DNA of 64,000 nt from Eledone cirrhosa (GCA_964016885.1 OZ024742.1:333436001-333500000), one strand, 5' to 3'; positions 14,315 to 28,318 are shown, counted from the stretch's first letter. Notes: generated from the sequence alone by a model not told the origin. Translations and numbers: made by a program.

Positions 14315-15055
14315 ATGAAATTGAATCAAAGTCATAGCATACTACTGCAGGGAGATTTTAATTTCTCCAATATGAAATGGCCCGAAGGCCACCACCTCTC
14401 AGGTATGATGGCACTTGAACAAAGGCAGACAGAATCCTTACTGGACCTTAATCACAGACTATTCATTGAACAAATGCTATTTCTTCCAACAAGATTTGAG
14501 AATATCCTTGATTACTGCTTTAAAAATAACACAGCTCTCATTCACAACGTGAATCTGAAAACTACTATTTTCTCGGATCAAATATAGTTGAACTGGAACG
14601 AGGAAGATTATAGATAAGCAGTAAACGACAAGTACTTAGTTTGTAGTCAGCCCAAACTTCCACAAAGCTAACTGGAAATAGATTCAGTGTGTGGGGATCA
14701 TGAGGCGAAATGAATTTGAGTCTCTCTACGGAATATGGCAACATGCAACTTGGGCAATTCCTTGCAATAATACAAAACATATGCTTTATGTTTGCCCCAG
14801 AAATTAAGGCCAACAGATAAAAATATTTTTTCCAGAGACAGAAAAATCCTTATCAGACGGAGAATAGATATCTCAAACCACCTATATATACATCTAAGTG
14901 ACAAGTAGGAATCCCATTTGAAGCAGACCCTGTATGGCATTGTATCTGAATCCAAACTCTCCCATGAAACCGAGAGTGCAAAAAGAGAGTGGGTTATAGA
15001 AAACATAAAAATAACACCCAAGGCTTTCTTTCAACGTGCAAAAGAAACTGCATCG
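14315..15055 (+). mobile_element. CR1-type LINE endonuclease-to-RT linker fragment, degenerate
   Basis: ILLQGDFNFSNMKW..FIEQMLFLPTRFENILDYCF (GDFN and PTR..LD APE motifs); later IENIKITPKAFFQRAK. Confidence 0.7.
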
Positions 15056-16985
15056 ACATATATATATATATATATATATATACAAATAATTTGTATATAT
15101 ATATAGACTCTTCTTCACACGTACATAAATACTTTTCGGCTATGTCAATTCTAGTTGAAAATTCATATTACAGAATGAGCCCTAGTAAACACATAAACCT
15201 ATACGTAGCTATACAGGAAAATCATTGAGAGAAGGGGAGAATAAAATACATTTTCATTCTTTTTGTAACCATATTTACTTAACTATTCCCATACCCAAGC
15301 ACCCTAAACTGCTGCAGGTTCTATAGTGCATATGCCTTTGTTTATCAATGTTAATATCTATTTGATAATACATATCATAAGTTTATATAAGAAATCTTTA
15401 TATTTCCAATAATCAGATACTGATAGTTTTAGTTGTAAATAATAAATAATTTTAAGAAATATATTATTATCACTTATATAAATATATTAATATATCTAAT
15501 AGTATATTTCTTCAAATTGTTGATTATATTCAAAATTATTTTAAAATCACCGGTTCTGTTTTTCTTAAGAAATACAGAAGCGAAACGGTTAAAACCACTG
15601 TTGTTCATTGCCATCACGAATCACAAACACGTAGCTCTAAAATATCGAACGTGGTGACCCTAATTACACAGATACATTGCCATAAATCTAATCGTGTGCT
15701 CGTGCTTATTACTTGAAAGACATGATCGCGGATTAAGTAGGTAACTTAGTCCTTTAAACTTGTTCTATGAAAATATCGTGTCGCTTTCACAAACATGAAT
15801 TTCTGCTCAGTATTTTTCCTATCGGTTGATCTTGATGATCTCACCATCAATATAACCATCCAACCGTAACTGTTGACAGACGAAACCAAATTTCGTCCCA
15901 TACCACTATTCCAACAAATAGTATGTCTAGACAAGATCTATCTGATATGTCACAGTTAGATCTGAACAAAGTTGTATCTACGTGTAATCAATTACAGACT
16001 GAACAAACAATTAAAATTTCTGTAAAAGATTTAGGAGTATTTTGTACCTATCTAAAAATATAAGCCAACACGTATCAATGACATCTGATATAATAGCCAC
16101 TTCCACTATCTTAACTGATCAGTGAGTAGTTAGGTATTATATCTCATGAGATCTGCTAATTTGACTCTTGTGTGTTGTAAATTGATTTCTGTCGACAAGA
16201 GGCAGTGAGAAATTAACTTTAGAATGTTTACGGGCGAGTAAATGGACAGTAATGTATTATGTTACATGAACTATCGATCTTATCTATAACGATATTTCAT
16301 ATCAGTGTCATTTAAAGAAGAAATCGAACTTTGAAAATATCAAACACAATGCCTGCAAGATATTCAAACCATTCTCTACATAAATTGTCATAATAACATA
16401 TCGGAATATACAATTTGTCTTCAATAAACGTGTTACACACATTTTGATGTTGAGGATTTATTTGTTAAATCTTTGTAGAGACTATTCCTGTTCATACCTT
16501 CACGCACTCAGTTTCCTCCTAGAAAAGAGAACAAGAGAGAAAGGGGTGTCTGAAACAGACATATAGAGGAAGAATCCACCCCAGTACAGGACTGATACTT
16601 TATTTATCGGTCACAAAATTATGTTTGGCTAACGTGAAATCGGTGGAGATTGGAACTTAGAACGTTGAGAGCCAAAACGAATATATGCCAATTTGTTGCC
16701 TAAGAGTTTATATTGATTGATACCTATATTCATGTATAACATATAAGATGTTTGTGAAAAGACAGTCATGGATGGAAATCATTCAATCATAATTTTACGG
16801 ATTGAAAACCGCCTAGATTAACTTTCACTTTGATCTTGTGGGATCGATGAAATAAAGTACCTCTCCCGAGCTTTGGGTTCGAAACATCGTTATATCACTT
16901 GCAATCTCTCGTCTGCTTCACTGTTCTATCTAGACGAGTACCATCTATATTCCCTGTCATTTTCATCCTTTTCTGGATCGATGAA

Positions 16986-17155
16986 ATAATTGTTTCTACA
17001 TTTTGGCACAAAGCCAGCAATTTTCCAGTGTATTACTGGTAATTTATTTTATCGACCCTGTAACCTCGGTGGGATTTGAACTCAGACCATAACGGGCCGT
17101 AACTCTTTGCTGCAAAGCATGGTTTCCGACCCTCTACTGATACTGCCAGTCCACG
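16986..17155 (-). mobile_element. SINE (Meta-domain type)
   Basis: Reverse complement of the family consensus tggcagtatcggtagagggtcgg...ctgagttcaaatccc...ggtcgataaaataaa...gctggccttgtgccaaa. Confidence 0.8.
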
Positions 17156-18553
17156 GAAATAATGTACCAGGCTAAGGTGGGTTTGAGGAATTGTTAGAGC
17201 GTTGTACAAGATGTTTTGCGGTATTTGCTCCGTGTCATTGTACTGTGTGTAGGTACACATAATCCGACGTCCGCATTATTGCTCTTCTCTGACCATGGGT
17301 TCCTTTGTAACACAACAACAGTTGATATAGATAAAAATGTATAAAAAGCCGTGTAAATGTTTTGTAATAGTAGAGATGGTGTAATTATTAGGCCAATTGT
17401 GGAGTCGCCTCGGCGTAAAGGATCGTTATTTTATTACAATGTGTACAATTCTTTCATGGAATCAATACATATTTCGCTTGAATTTTAACAGTGAACATTT
17501 TGTGGAAATATCGAATACGTTGGTAAGTGGCATACGATATTATGACGTGATACATGGCTTGGTGTGGTTGAGTATGGACCGTGAACTAATTTTCTTAATT
17601 TAGTGAGTCAAGTGTGTCAAAAGCTAGATTCGTCGGCTTCAAAAAAGTTGTAAGTTTATATTATTATATTTGGGGGATAGGGAGATGCAAGCGCCGACCC
17701 TGTATAATAGGTAAAATTGTCAACTGAAATAGCTATTAATGTGAATAATAAATCGTGAGAAAACACAACCAAAAGGCAGATAAGATATAGCTAGTTACAG
17801 ACAGATAGAAAATGATTGGGTTGGAGACAGTAGGGCAGGGAAAGTAAGGTAGCAAGTGAAATGTGTGGGCGATTTTGTTTGTGTCAGGTTACATTCATTT
17901 AAGAAGAAATAGGTAAGAAAAACACCAAACGGAAACTTTGCTAGTTGTTGATATTGGCCATATTGGCAAAAACAGTAAATCAATGATGGCAGCATGTGGG
18001 TTATTAGACGATCGGGCAGTGGTGGGGTGTAGAAACTGGTGGTGGTTTTGGAGATGGGGATGGTGGCGAAATAAAAGAAATGTAGGAGAGTAAGAAGAGA
18101 AAATAATGGTTTAAAAGACATTTTAGTGGTGGAATAAGTAAAATGGGAGGAAATATTTAGAACCAATGAAATCGAAAAAGTAAAAAGAGAGGAACTGAGC
18201 AAATTGGTATCTATGGAGGCTTAGATAGCGGTAAAATACGCAGACAGACATCGTGAAAAGTCATTGAACGGAACTAATTTAATCTGCTGTCTGTTCTGCT
18301 TGTCAACTCCAATAATCTTTCATCCATTGCTAAAAATACATGCCATATAGACTATTGATACATATTCTTTCCCCCATATTCTCTGTCTTAATAACTCGGT
18401 CAATTCATTATATTACTTTTGTACAGAGCTATTTCTGTCTATCTTCTCCCCCTCTCCATTTTGTAATATATAGTAAAAGGGTGTTCTGCTAAAGAAAGGC
18501 ATGGGATTACATTTAAGGGAACATATATATCAGGCAGAGAATGTACTATATAT

Positions 18554-18663
<110 letters not shown>

Positions 18664-18915
18664 CTCCCCACTCCACCCGCCACCATCCCTACTCCCCCCA
18701 CACCCTTCCACCACCTGTTTACCCCCCTTTTAATTTCAGTTTATTTTGATCATGCCTTTATTTTTAAATTTTCTCATTCCTTGTATTTTGATCATCCTTT
18801 ATTTTTATTTTTTATCTTTATTTGTTTTTTTTCATTCGCACCCTTTCCTTTCGCTATATGTCTCTCCACCACTCCCCTACACACCCTTTGAACACTGTTT
18901 CCACACACTTCTCAC

Positions 18916-18946
18916 CTGAGGAAGGGCTTATGCCCGAAACGTCGTC
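18916..18946 (+). ncRNA. Degenerate minimal hammerhead in a C/T-rich Penelope-like tail
   Basis: CTGAGGA-a-gggc-ttat-gccc-GAAA-cgtcg-TC; stem I not evident. Related motif at 19495-19523 (CTAATGA-a-gga-ctagca-tcc-GAAA-cgtt). Confidence 0.5.
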
Positions 18947-19033
18947 CCCCACCTACCCCCCACTCTCCTGAGCGTGAAATTAATAAACATTTATTGTACT
19001 GCCTCTCTGTTTTGTCCCTGTTCAAATTTTTCC

Positions 19034-19081
<48 letters not shown>

Positions 19082-19240
19082 TAATGTAGGAGGTGAGTTT
19101 TATTGTAGAGCAATAAAACTTTGCATATATCAGATAAGTAGCACTCAACAGTTTATAGACTGGAGTATATATAGAAGAAATTAAAACATGGTTAAAAAAG
19201 TTCCATATATTTTATTATGCGCATTTCAAAATAAGGTAAC

Positions 19241-19309
19241 ATTTTATCTAATGAGAACGCAACTATCGTCCCAGGATGATATTTGTTTTTGAAATGCGCA
19301 TAATAAAAT
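19241..19309 (+). ncRNA. Hammerhead with G5A substitution inside a short inverted repeat (about 19166-19353)
   Basis: attttat-CTAATGA-[stem II including tatcgtc-ccag-gatgata]-GAAA-tgcgca-TA-ataaaat. Confidence 0.65.
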
Positions 19310-19614
19310 ATATGGTACTTTTTTAACTATCTTTTAAATTCTTCTTATATATAAATATATATACATATATATTTCCTAGAGGTGGTGACAAGAATGGACT
19401 TGTTTTTTTTTTCTCTAGAAAAAGTGTTTTTCGTTTCCACCACCCACCGCCTCCTCAATCTTTCTATTTCTTCTTTAATTTTTCGTCCTATATTCTAATG
19501 AAGGACTAGCATCCGAAACGTTAAGACACTTTCCCTACTGTATCAAGTGTAAAACTAATAATATATTTCTTCATTGTACTGTGATGTTTTATTTCTGATT
19601 TGTTTGCCCATTGC

Positions 19615-19680
<66 letters not shown>

Positions 19681-19684
<4 letters not shown>

Positions 19685-20908
19685 CAACTAGAAATTGATT
19701 AACATATAAATTAACATGAATAATCACAGGAGATCATTTTTACAAGTGTGTAAGCACACATAGCTAGGTAGGTAACTAAGTAAAGTTAACTAGAACTTCA
19801 AAAATAGATACCTTATAATATGATTAATCTTCCCTGTATATATTTCAACAATTAATCGAATGGTAAACCATGGAGGCCGGTACTTGCATTTTCAACAAGG
19901 AAGACGTCCACGATCTATGTTTACGCATCAAGTTCAAATCCGCGACTGGCCAGCAACACGTGCTGTATCTACTAGAAATACACACATCATACCAGCTTCG
20001 TCCCAGTGGCGTGAATAGGGTTATCGACAACTAGAAACAGCAGTCAAGTCCTTTCAACAGAGTTAGCTCTACAATTAAGGAGCCGTATTTATATATCTAT
20101 ATCCAAAATTAAGATAAATCAAAATGAATTTAATCTAAATCAAAATTATGGGTGTCATGCCAGAAAGGCATGTGATTATTCATGTTTATTTATATGTTAA
20201 TCAATTTCTAGTTGTTATAAATTGCTCGGACCTATTCGTTAGAATCTTAGAGCTTATTTTGCGGGTGATATGGCGATGACACCCATAATTTTGATTTAGA
20301 TTAAATTCATTTTGATTTATCTTAATTTTGGATATAGATATATAAATACGGCTCCTTAATTGTAGAGGTAACTCTGTTGAAAGGACTTGACTGCTGTTTC
20401 TAGTTGTCGATAACCCTATTCACGCCACTGGGACGAAGCTGGTAGGATTTGTGTATTTCTAGTAGATACAGCACGCGTTACTGGCCAATCGCTGATTTGA
20501 ACTTGATGCGTAAACATAGATCGCTGGACTTCTTCCTTGTTGAAAATTCAAGTATGGGCATCCGTGGTTTACCGTTCGATTAATTGGTGAAATATATTTC
20601 TTTAATGGAATATATACAGGGAAAATTAATCATATTATAAGGTATCTATTTTTGAAGTTCTAGTTAACTTTATTTAGTTACCTACCTAGCTATGTGTGCT
20701 TACACACGTGTAAAAATTATCTCCTGTGATTGTTTCATATGTTTATTTATATGTTAATCAATTTCTAGGTGTTATAAAATGCTCGGAACTATTCGTTAGA
20801 ATCTTAGAGCTTATTTTGCGCGTGATATAGCGCATGCCTTTCTGGCATGACACCCATAATTTTGATTTAGATTAAATTCATTTTGATTTATTTAAATTTT
20901 GGATATAG

Positions 20909-20910
<2 letters not shown>
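19681..20910. mobile_element. Non-coding element: inverted arm plus more-than-unit-length tandem of an approximately 555-bp monomer, in (TA)n
   Basis: 19681-20170 is inverted relative to the downstream unit; 20171-20340 recurs directly at 20725-20910. Confidence 0.85.
19830..19902 (-). ncRNA. Hammerhead, U3-A8 core, long stem II (plus-strand copy 20533-20622 has an insertion in stem III)
   Basis: Minus strand: ttccttg-TTGAAAA-t-gcaa...atggtttaccat...ttgt-t-GAAA-tata-TA-cagggaa. Confidence 0.6.
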
Positions 20911-20961
<51 letters not shown>

Positions 20962-21242
20962 TATATACATACCGACTCTGTATATCATCAGGTATCAAAA
21001 ACCAATGTAACTCTTGCTCTTTCCCGGCGGCTTCGCACACATACACGCACACAGGCACGCACGTCACACAATATGATTTTGTACACATGCTTGTTTGAAA
21101 AATCTGTCAAAGAAGTATGAAACAGACTTTTGTACTGTTTATACATTACTGTATTTTGAGCTGGTTTAATTTCTCCCCCTACCTCCTTCCAATATGTTTA
21201 TATTGGTTGTGTAAAAAAACAATATTTTTTCATATACATATG

Positions 21243-21310
<68 letters not shown>

Positions 21311-22210
21311 GGAAGAATTACAATTCCGTCATCAGGAAGAAAATTCTTTGGGATGAGTTTGGAGGAGTTGAATACATATCATACATACCATGTCGTTGTC
21401 GAACAGCGTAGTGTCCAACGTGTAACGTTGTTTAATTACTATGTCAATATATAACATTCAATATGACAATATGACGGGCTTATAGTAATGCAGGAAACAA
21501 CAGAAAAAAAATCTGAAGTTGCTCAAGAATGAAGGAGGAGTTCATATCGATTTATATTGTTATCTGTCTCTACATTTTTCAAGCAGTGTTTAAGCCAGTT
21601 GAAGGAACACGGATGACTTGTGAATTACAGTAGTTAAAATGAATGTGTTTTATAACACTATATTCCAAAACATGCATATCATGTAAGAATATCTGCAAAT
21701 CTATTGCATAACTGGATTAAATCTATACAGTGATGTACATAAGAGAGTCATTCATGCATACTGTTGTGCACATATTTAGCTCTGTTCATAAGATAGACCA
21801 ATAGACATATATGTGTCTGGCAAACTTCAAATGCAACTGTAAAAACACGATTGTCCTTAATATACAGTGCAAACTACGTCGGATACGAATGGATGGCCAT
21901 CATTATATATGTGAACTTGAATATTAATGTATATAGGAATCCATTAAAAGCTTATAAATCACTGCGAGATTTAATTTATCTCTTTGTTTTACGAAAATTC
22001 TCACACCAATTTAAATATATATGGCTAACTAAGCAGAATGTGCTTTTTTACAAAAAAATTATTTTCGTTTTTTCTCTTCTTACACATGTCTATCTTTATA
22101 TATATATATATACATTCTCTTCTTACACTTCTATATCTTTATATATATATATAAAGATAGACAAGTGTAAGAAGAGAAAGAAACGAAAAAAGAAAAAAAA
22201 TATATATATA

Positions 22211-22405
22211 TTAAAATAATAGATTAAAGTTTGAGCAAAGAACCGATGCATTCACCCTTAACGGGATCGTCTGAAACTAAAAAAAAAAACAATCTGAGGT
22301 CGCAGGAGTAAATATTTCGAAAAACGTTGCGACCGATGGAAAACAGGAAGACGATACTTTCGTTCATGAAGACGTTCCCTGGCAATGAACGAAAAAAAGC
22401 GTCGT
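22211..22405 (-). mobile_element. Truncated copy of the CAGAAGA-hammerhead family
   Basis: Homologous to 12028-12230. Motif at 22228-22278 reads CAGACGA...GAAT...TC. Confidence 0.75.
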
Positions 22406-23189
22406 TATGTCTAGCCTGAAATATGTTCAGCCTCACATTAAGTACGTATAGGCTATTAAGCGTTCCTACTTTTAAAAGACCGGTAATTTATAAAATGTAT
22501 TTTCCTAAATATAACGAAATATTACCTTGACAAATTATGTATGATATTCAAGCACTATTGAGATTTTGCAGTCCCAAATGATTTTCCTATTTTTCACGTA
22601 TCATTATTGAATATATTGCTGATGATTTTAATGACAGTTCCGTGTCAATATTTATAGTTCATGCGTATCTCTGTTTATTAACAGTATTGCTGCTGAATTT
22701 AAATTACATTTTTGCAAATTCTTGAATAGTTATTTGATATTTTGAAGTTGAAAGTAATTTACGAAATGGATTTCCTATATGACAAATATATTTCATTCAA
22801 ATATCATTTCCCAACGAAATATGTGTGTCAATTCTTGTTCCCACGGGACTTAACTTCATTTTTGTGGCTTGATTTATTTTAAAATATTGGATCCTATGCA
22901 TTTGACAATATGTTGCTTTCTGTTTAACAAATATGTATTACTGTTAGAATTATTTTCAGTAAACCTCCACCATACACCACTACCACCACCACTACAAACA
23001 TCGCCACAAGACCACCACAACACCACGGGTTCTTCCTAAAGTTTTACTTCGGCCCAGAGCAAAGCAATAACTTCATTGTACGTTTTGCATCACTAGGTAA
23101 ATCCTCTTCATAATGATCCCATATCATTTCACTACAGTCACAGTACTAAATATAAAATCAATTCCGTTTACATTTTATCGACAAAGCTT

Positions 23190-24330
23190 TACAGTATACT
23201 TTCCCATATTTTACAACAATGCATTCCATACATAGATGTTCTGATTACCACATACTGCAACCTCTCTGCAGTGGTATAACCAATTATTGCAAACATACAA
23301 CAGTTGCCCCAACGAAAACAATCAAAATGTATGGAAATCATGTAGATAACCTTTAATAATACTTTCCAATAGCTTGCATCCACGACAATAGTACGGTTTT
23401 ATTGAGATCTACGGGATATTCATTGACTCTAAATATGGAAAGATTTGGTGAATACACTGCTGATTTTCTAGACATCAGAAAGTTTTCGATGATATCTGGT
23501 AAATGAAGATTCATTTGCCAGATATCATCTGCTTTTCAAATCGTCTGATTAGATTATAAACCGTTTTATATGTGTTAGTTTCACGGATAGCATCCTCTTG
23601 GCGTGTTCTGAAGATGACAAGTCCACATTTCATCATATATATCAAACGCTTTTATTTTACGCATATTCTTCTGCTATACGCCAACGTGCAATTTTAGTCA
23701 CCAACAACAAAGTTCTCTCTGTAAATAATACCACTATTCATTACCCTCTAAGTTTATTTCCCTAAATCTTATTGACATACACCTTGGACAAGACGTGCCA
23801 TATCTTCACTGACTAGATGGTACTTTTTGATTTAAGTGAGATATATTTGGCTGCCCCTTCTCTCAGGAAGTGTGTTTACTTAGGTTTCAGCTGATTTTAT
23901 TGTCTCATGAGGAAGATATAGAGCACAACGCATGCTCCTTTTCAGGACATTATTAAATGCCGAAAAGGTGGTCGGTATTCTCTATCCTGAGACATGACCG
24001 AAAATGCTTACACCAAAGATGATTCCACTGAAGCATCCCAACAGTTATTTTGTGGTATTTAACTGCGCAGAAATAAATTCTAACAATCATGTGTGATTCG
24101 ATGGTAAATATATCTAGAAAGCAAATCGATATCTACACACTATCATTTCTGCCAGTCATTATAATGTATTTATTGCCCACTTCAAGTTTAAACAGCAGAG
24201 ATAACAGTGGCTGCATTTGAAATACGATCAAACGTATCAATTCGTCCGACTCTCTAACGATTCTCCCAATTCGCATCTTTCTTGAGAGTAGCAGTAAATG
24301 CTATATTGTTTAATTAAGAGTATAGGTGTT
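23190..24330 (-). mobile_element. Highly degenerate LINE (RTE-like) EN/RT remnant
   Basis: Minus strand traces ..TLAYSRRI/IAEEYA..KAFD near 23640-23700; many stops and frameshifts. Confidence 0.35.
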
Positions 24331-25159
24331 AATGGATGCGTCGACATGTATGAAAAATAAGAGCTTGTTGTTGAATTGTTTCTTCCCCTTCTGTTTCATG
24401 ACCAAACCCAGTTATAATCAACATTTATAACGCTTGATAATTGAATTCTAGTCATTATTTATTTTATTTTATATATTTACTATTTGTAATATATCCGCGA
24501 TAAACGCTGAATTTTAATCTATTTGATTGTAGTAATTTTTTCATTTTGATTTTTTAATCATAGTTTTTTATGCCCGCCATTTTGGTTACTTTGCTGTAGA
24601 GATTTCATTCCCGAACATCTCTGAGGAATTAAAAAATACCATTAACACAAGAGTAGTTAACTCAACAATTATCTGTTCAGTGTTTATTATTTCAGGGGAA
24701 TTGCCTTTGTGCTTCTCTGTATTTGAATATGTAACGTCATGTGTGTCTATATGTAATGTGGTTGTTTTCTACGCGTGTGTGTGAATGTTTGTATGATTGT
24801 GTGACAAGGCAGTGAATCCGATATTAAAATATCCGTGCTAGTATATATTCCTAGCTTTCGTGTGTTTATTTGGGAGCATTGTATGTTCGATGGTATATAG
24901 AATAGACGAGAATATGTAATATAAGAAAACAGAGTATAGCTGTATTACAACAATCAGCAGCATTAATATAATATTATCATCATCTTCAGTGCACCTTTCT
25001 CAATATCAGTTGAATATTACTACTACTATCATTATGTTACCACTGATATCAATATGAAAATCAGTATCGCACGCACATACACACTATTGATGTTTGCACT
25101 AATTAAATATCAATAATACCAATATATAATTATCAATTTTTTTTTAGAGAATACGTGAA

Positions 25160-25345
25160 AGGTAGGTCGATTAGTGGTTAGGCTACTGGGATCAAGATTC
25201 TACGTTCTTGAGTTCGATTCCTATAACAGACTGTGTGATGCCCTTGAGCAACACATTTTGTTTTCCGTTGCCAGTCCACACAATGTTTAAGCTAGAGAGA
25301 AATGAATTGCGATGTTACTGGTAGTAAGCTGTATGGGCCTTTAAA
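25160..25345 (+). mobile_element. tRNA-derived SINE of a second family
   Basis: A-box-like tagtggttagg, B-box-like gagttcgattcc, then cccttgagcaa core. A minus-strand relative lies at 38205-38378. Confidence 0.6.
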
Positions 25346-26107
25346 TTCCGTGTGCCTAGCATTGTTATTATGCATAGCGGAACAGGCCTCTCATGCTGGT
25401 ACCTCGGAGAAGAAAACCAATGATTAGTCAGGGACGAGTAATATAATATTGTTGCTAATATTGTAATACCCACAAAATCAATAAAATCTTATAACCAGCA
25501 TCAATGCAGTATTATTAATAATATTATAATAGTATCATTAAAATTAACAATAACATGAGAGACTTCAAACCATTGCGATGCATCCTTGAACATATAAACT
25601 TTATAAATAGCGTATCTTCGTATTACGAATTGGTTTCTAGTTCTAAAACAAAGAATAAACGGCCACCATGGGAATCAGAAATGTTTGAAGGTCTAAGCAT
25701 AATTTCATAAGTATGATTTGAACACATTGATTTTTGCGGGGAAACGATTGCAAAGCACGAATTAACAAATACACACATGGTTTAACTTAGATACATGAAG
25801 TTTATAGCAATACGAAAAGCAATAGTAATGACACAATGTTGTATTGAAGTTGGTGATAACATTATCAGGCATGGCACATGGCTGCAGATCTGTCTGTAGA
25901 GTTAAGAGATTTGTTTTACATCCACAATAGCAAGGTTCGATTTCACCAGGCAGCACAAAGGGCATGTATTTCCTATAAAAACTCGTGTTAAACAGTGACC
26001 TACTAGTGAAATGTGGTTGAGGAAAAACGTGCAGAAGCCCAATACACACGCACAGATACACGCACACACACACGTATATGTATGCTGGTAGTTGTCTGAT
26101 ATTATTT

Positions 26108-26297
26108 GGTGAATTGGCAGTATCGGTAGAGGGTCGGACGCCATGCTTTGACGTATAGAGTTACGGCCCTTGCCATTCTGAGTTCAAATCCCGCCGAGGT
26201 TAACTTTGCCTTTCATCCTTATGGGGTCGATAAAATAAAGTACCAGTAATACACTGGTATAATTGCTGGCCTCGTGCCAAAAGTAGAAACAATTATT
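26108..26297 (+). mobile_element. SINE (Meta-domain type)
   Basis: tggcagtatcggtaga (A box), gagttcaaatcc (B box), ctttgcctttcatccttatggggtcgataaaataaagtaccag core. Confidence 0.9.
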
Positions 26298-26359
26298 TAT
26301 CCCACCCGAGGGTGGTAACTCAGTAAAATTATATATAGAGGCAATATAATTGATTAAAT

Positions 26360-26544
26360 AATAATTTTTTCTACTTTTGGCACAAGGCCAGCAATTATAC
26401 CAGTGTATTATTGGTACTTTATTTTAGCGACCCCGTAAGGATGAAAGGCCAATTTAACCTCGGCGGGATATGAACTCAGATCATAAAAAGCTGTAACTCT
26501 TTGCTGCAAAGCATGGCGTCCAACCCTCTAACGATACTGCCAAT
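26360..26544 (-). mobile_element. SINE (Meta-domain type), inverted relative to its neighbour
   Basis: Reverse complement of the same consensus. Confidence 0.9.
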
Positions 26545-26826
26545 GATGTATAGAAAGTGTGACTATATTAATTGTATCAAATTTGTTATTGATATAACTG
26601 CAGTTTCTAATTGTGTGCGTCTCACACAATGAAGAGGAAATATAGTACTAGATTTTCGTTTTGTACACGAATAAAACAAATATACATGATTATAGTCGCT
26701 CTAGAAATTATTTCTTCATCAGATGATAACCACACACACAGAAACACACATTTTCTATTTATCCATTTCAGGCATGAGACTACGGCCATATTTGGGCTCC
26801 ACCTTGATTTATTCGATCACAGTTAC

Positions 26827-26862
<36 letters not shown>

Positions 26863-26866
<4 letters not shown>

Positions 26867-27067
26867 GTTCGCTTTTCGCAAAGTTGAAATACGTGAATTC
26901 GCATTAAAACCTCTTGAAAAAATATTATTAAATATTTACTTTGCACGAATAACGCGCTATAACGTGTTTGGTTATTATTTCTTTTATTTCTCAGAAAATT
27001 AGACTTGAATTACGCGAATGTTTTACGCGCCGCGTTTGCGAATGCATTTTCGTGTAAAAAGCGAACA

Positions 27068-27070
<3 letters not shown>
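26863..27070. mobile_element. Candidate MITE in (TA)n
   Basis: Terminal inverted repeats tgttcgctttt / aaaagcgaaca; TA runs on both sides. Confidence 0.5.
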
Positions 27071-27100
<30 letters not shown>

Positions 27101-27101
<1 letters not shown>

Positions 27102-27636
27102 AAATAAAGTTAAATAAAAGTCAAATGATTAAAATTTAGCTTCGTTTATTACTTCTATATATATTTCAGTGACAGCCATCTTTGGCTGTGACCTCTTCAG
27201 GCAGTTTGAATTAGTATGGTATAGACAAGTACATATGTTGTTTAGGTGTATGATATTGTCAATACTCTGATATGCCCAGTTCCTTGTTGGGTTGTTAATT
27301 CACTGGGGAACTGGAGTCGTATGACTCCAGTTCCCCAGTGAATTAACAACCCAACAAGGAACTGGGCATATCAGAGTATTGACAATATCATACACCTAAA
27401 CAACATATGTACTTGTCTATACCATACTAATTCAAACTGCCTGAAGAGGTCACAGCCAAAGATGGCTGTCACTGAAATATATATAGCAGTAATAAACGAA
27501 GCTAAATTTTAATCATTTGACTTTTATTTAACTTTATTTTACACTACTCCGGAGTAACCAAACCAACCTGCGCACTTCGTCGAGTGCTCCAGCCTGCATA
27601 CTGAGGTGTTGGTATACAACCAACATAAACTCAAAA

Positions 27637-27637
<1 letters not shown>
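27101..27637. mobile_element. Near-perfect fold-back palindromic element (arms about 218 bp, axis 27320/27321) with 3' tail, in (TA)n
   Basis: 27101-27318 is the reverse complement of 27323-27540; unpaired tail 27541-27637. Confidence 0.92.
27436..27490 (+). ncRNA. Intact minimal type I hammerhead (mirror copy 27151-27205, minus)
   Basis: actgc-CTGAAGA-ggtcacagcca-aaga-tggctgtcact-GAAA-tatata-TA-gcagt. Confidence 0.85.
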
Positions 27638-27733
<96 letters not shown>

Positions 27734-28318
27734 GGAGAGACAGTGAGGGAGAGATAAATAAAGAGATAAAGAGAGAGATAGAGATAGAGACAGAGAGCGA
27801 GAGCGAGACCGAGAGTGAGAGAAGGAGAGAGAGATAACTATATATATAATATAAAATAGTTTTATTTTGAAAGAAGAACGGTAGTTAAATGTTAACATAT
27901 TAGAATGCGGATGGAAGCTATATATGTGTTTAGATATGTCACACTTTAGCACATACTTGTGTACAATACTGGTATTCTCTCGTTACTCATTTAGTATGTA
28001 TTGTAGTGACTACTGTTCTTTGGCGAATTTTAATAAGAGTAAAACTAGGCAGGAATTATAAAACATATAAACCTATGAATCAGTTAAATTTATATACTTA
28101 TATAAAATAAAGATAAACACAGATATATACATATATGTGTTCAAATCGAAAGGGACCAGAAAAAATACTAACTATTGACAATAGGGTATGCCTATATACC
28201 TGTGTTTATCTTTCTTTTATATTCAATTATAATATACGACTCGGAAAAATCTCTTTCCTAGAGCTATTTTATTGTAAGAGACTATTTTGAGTTTCTAACT
28301 CAATATATACCTTTGATA

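Noticed and set aside
15746-15934. Possible host exon in unique-looking sequence
   Set aside because: No recognisable domain in any frame and no convincing splice context.
26690-26725. Minus-strand CTGATGA-agaaat-a-atttct motif
   Set aside because: GAAA box absent and no stem I.
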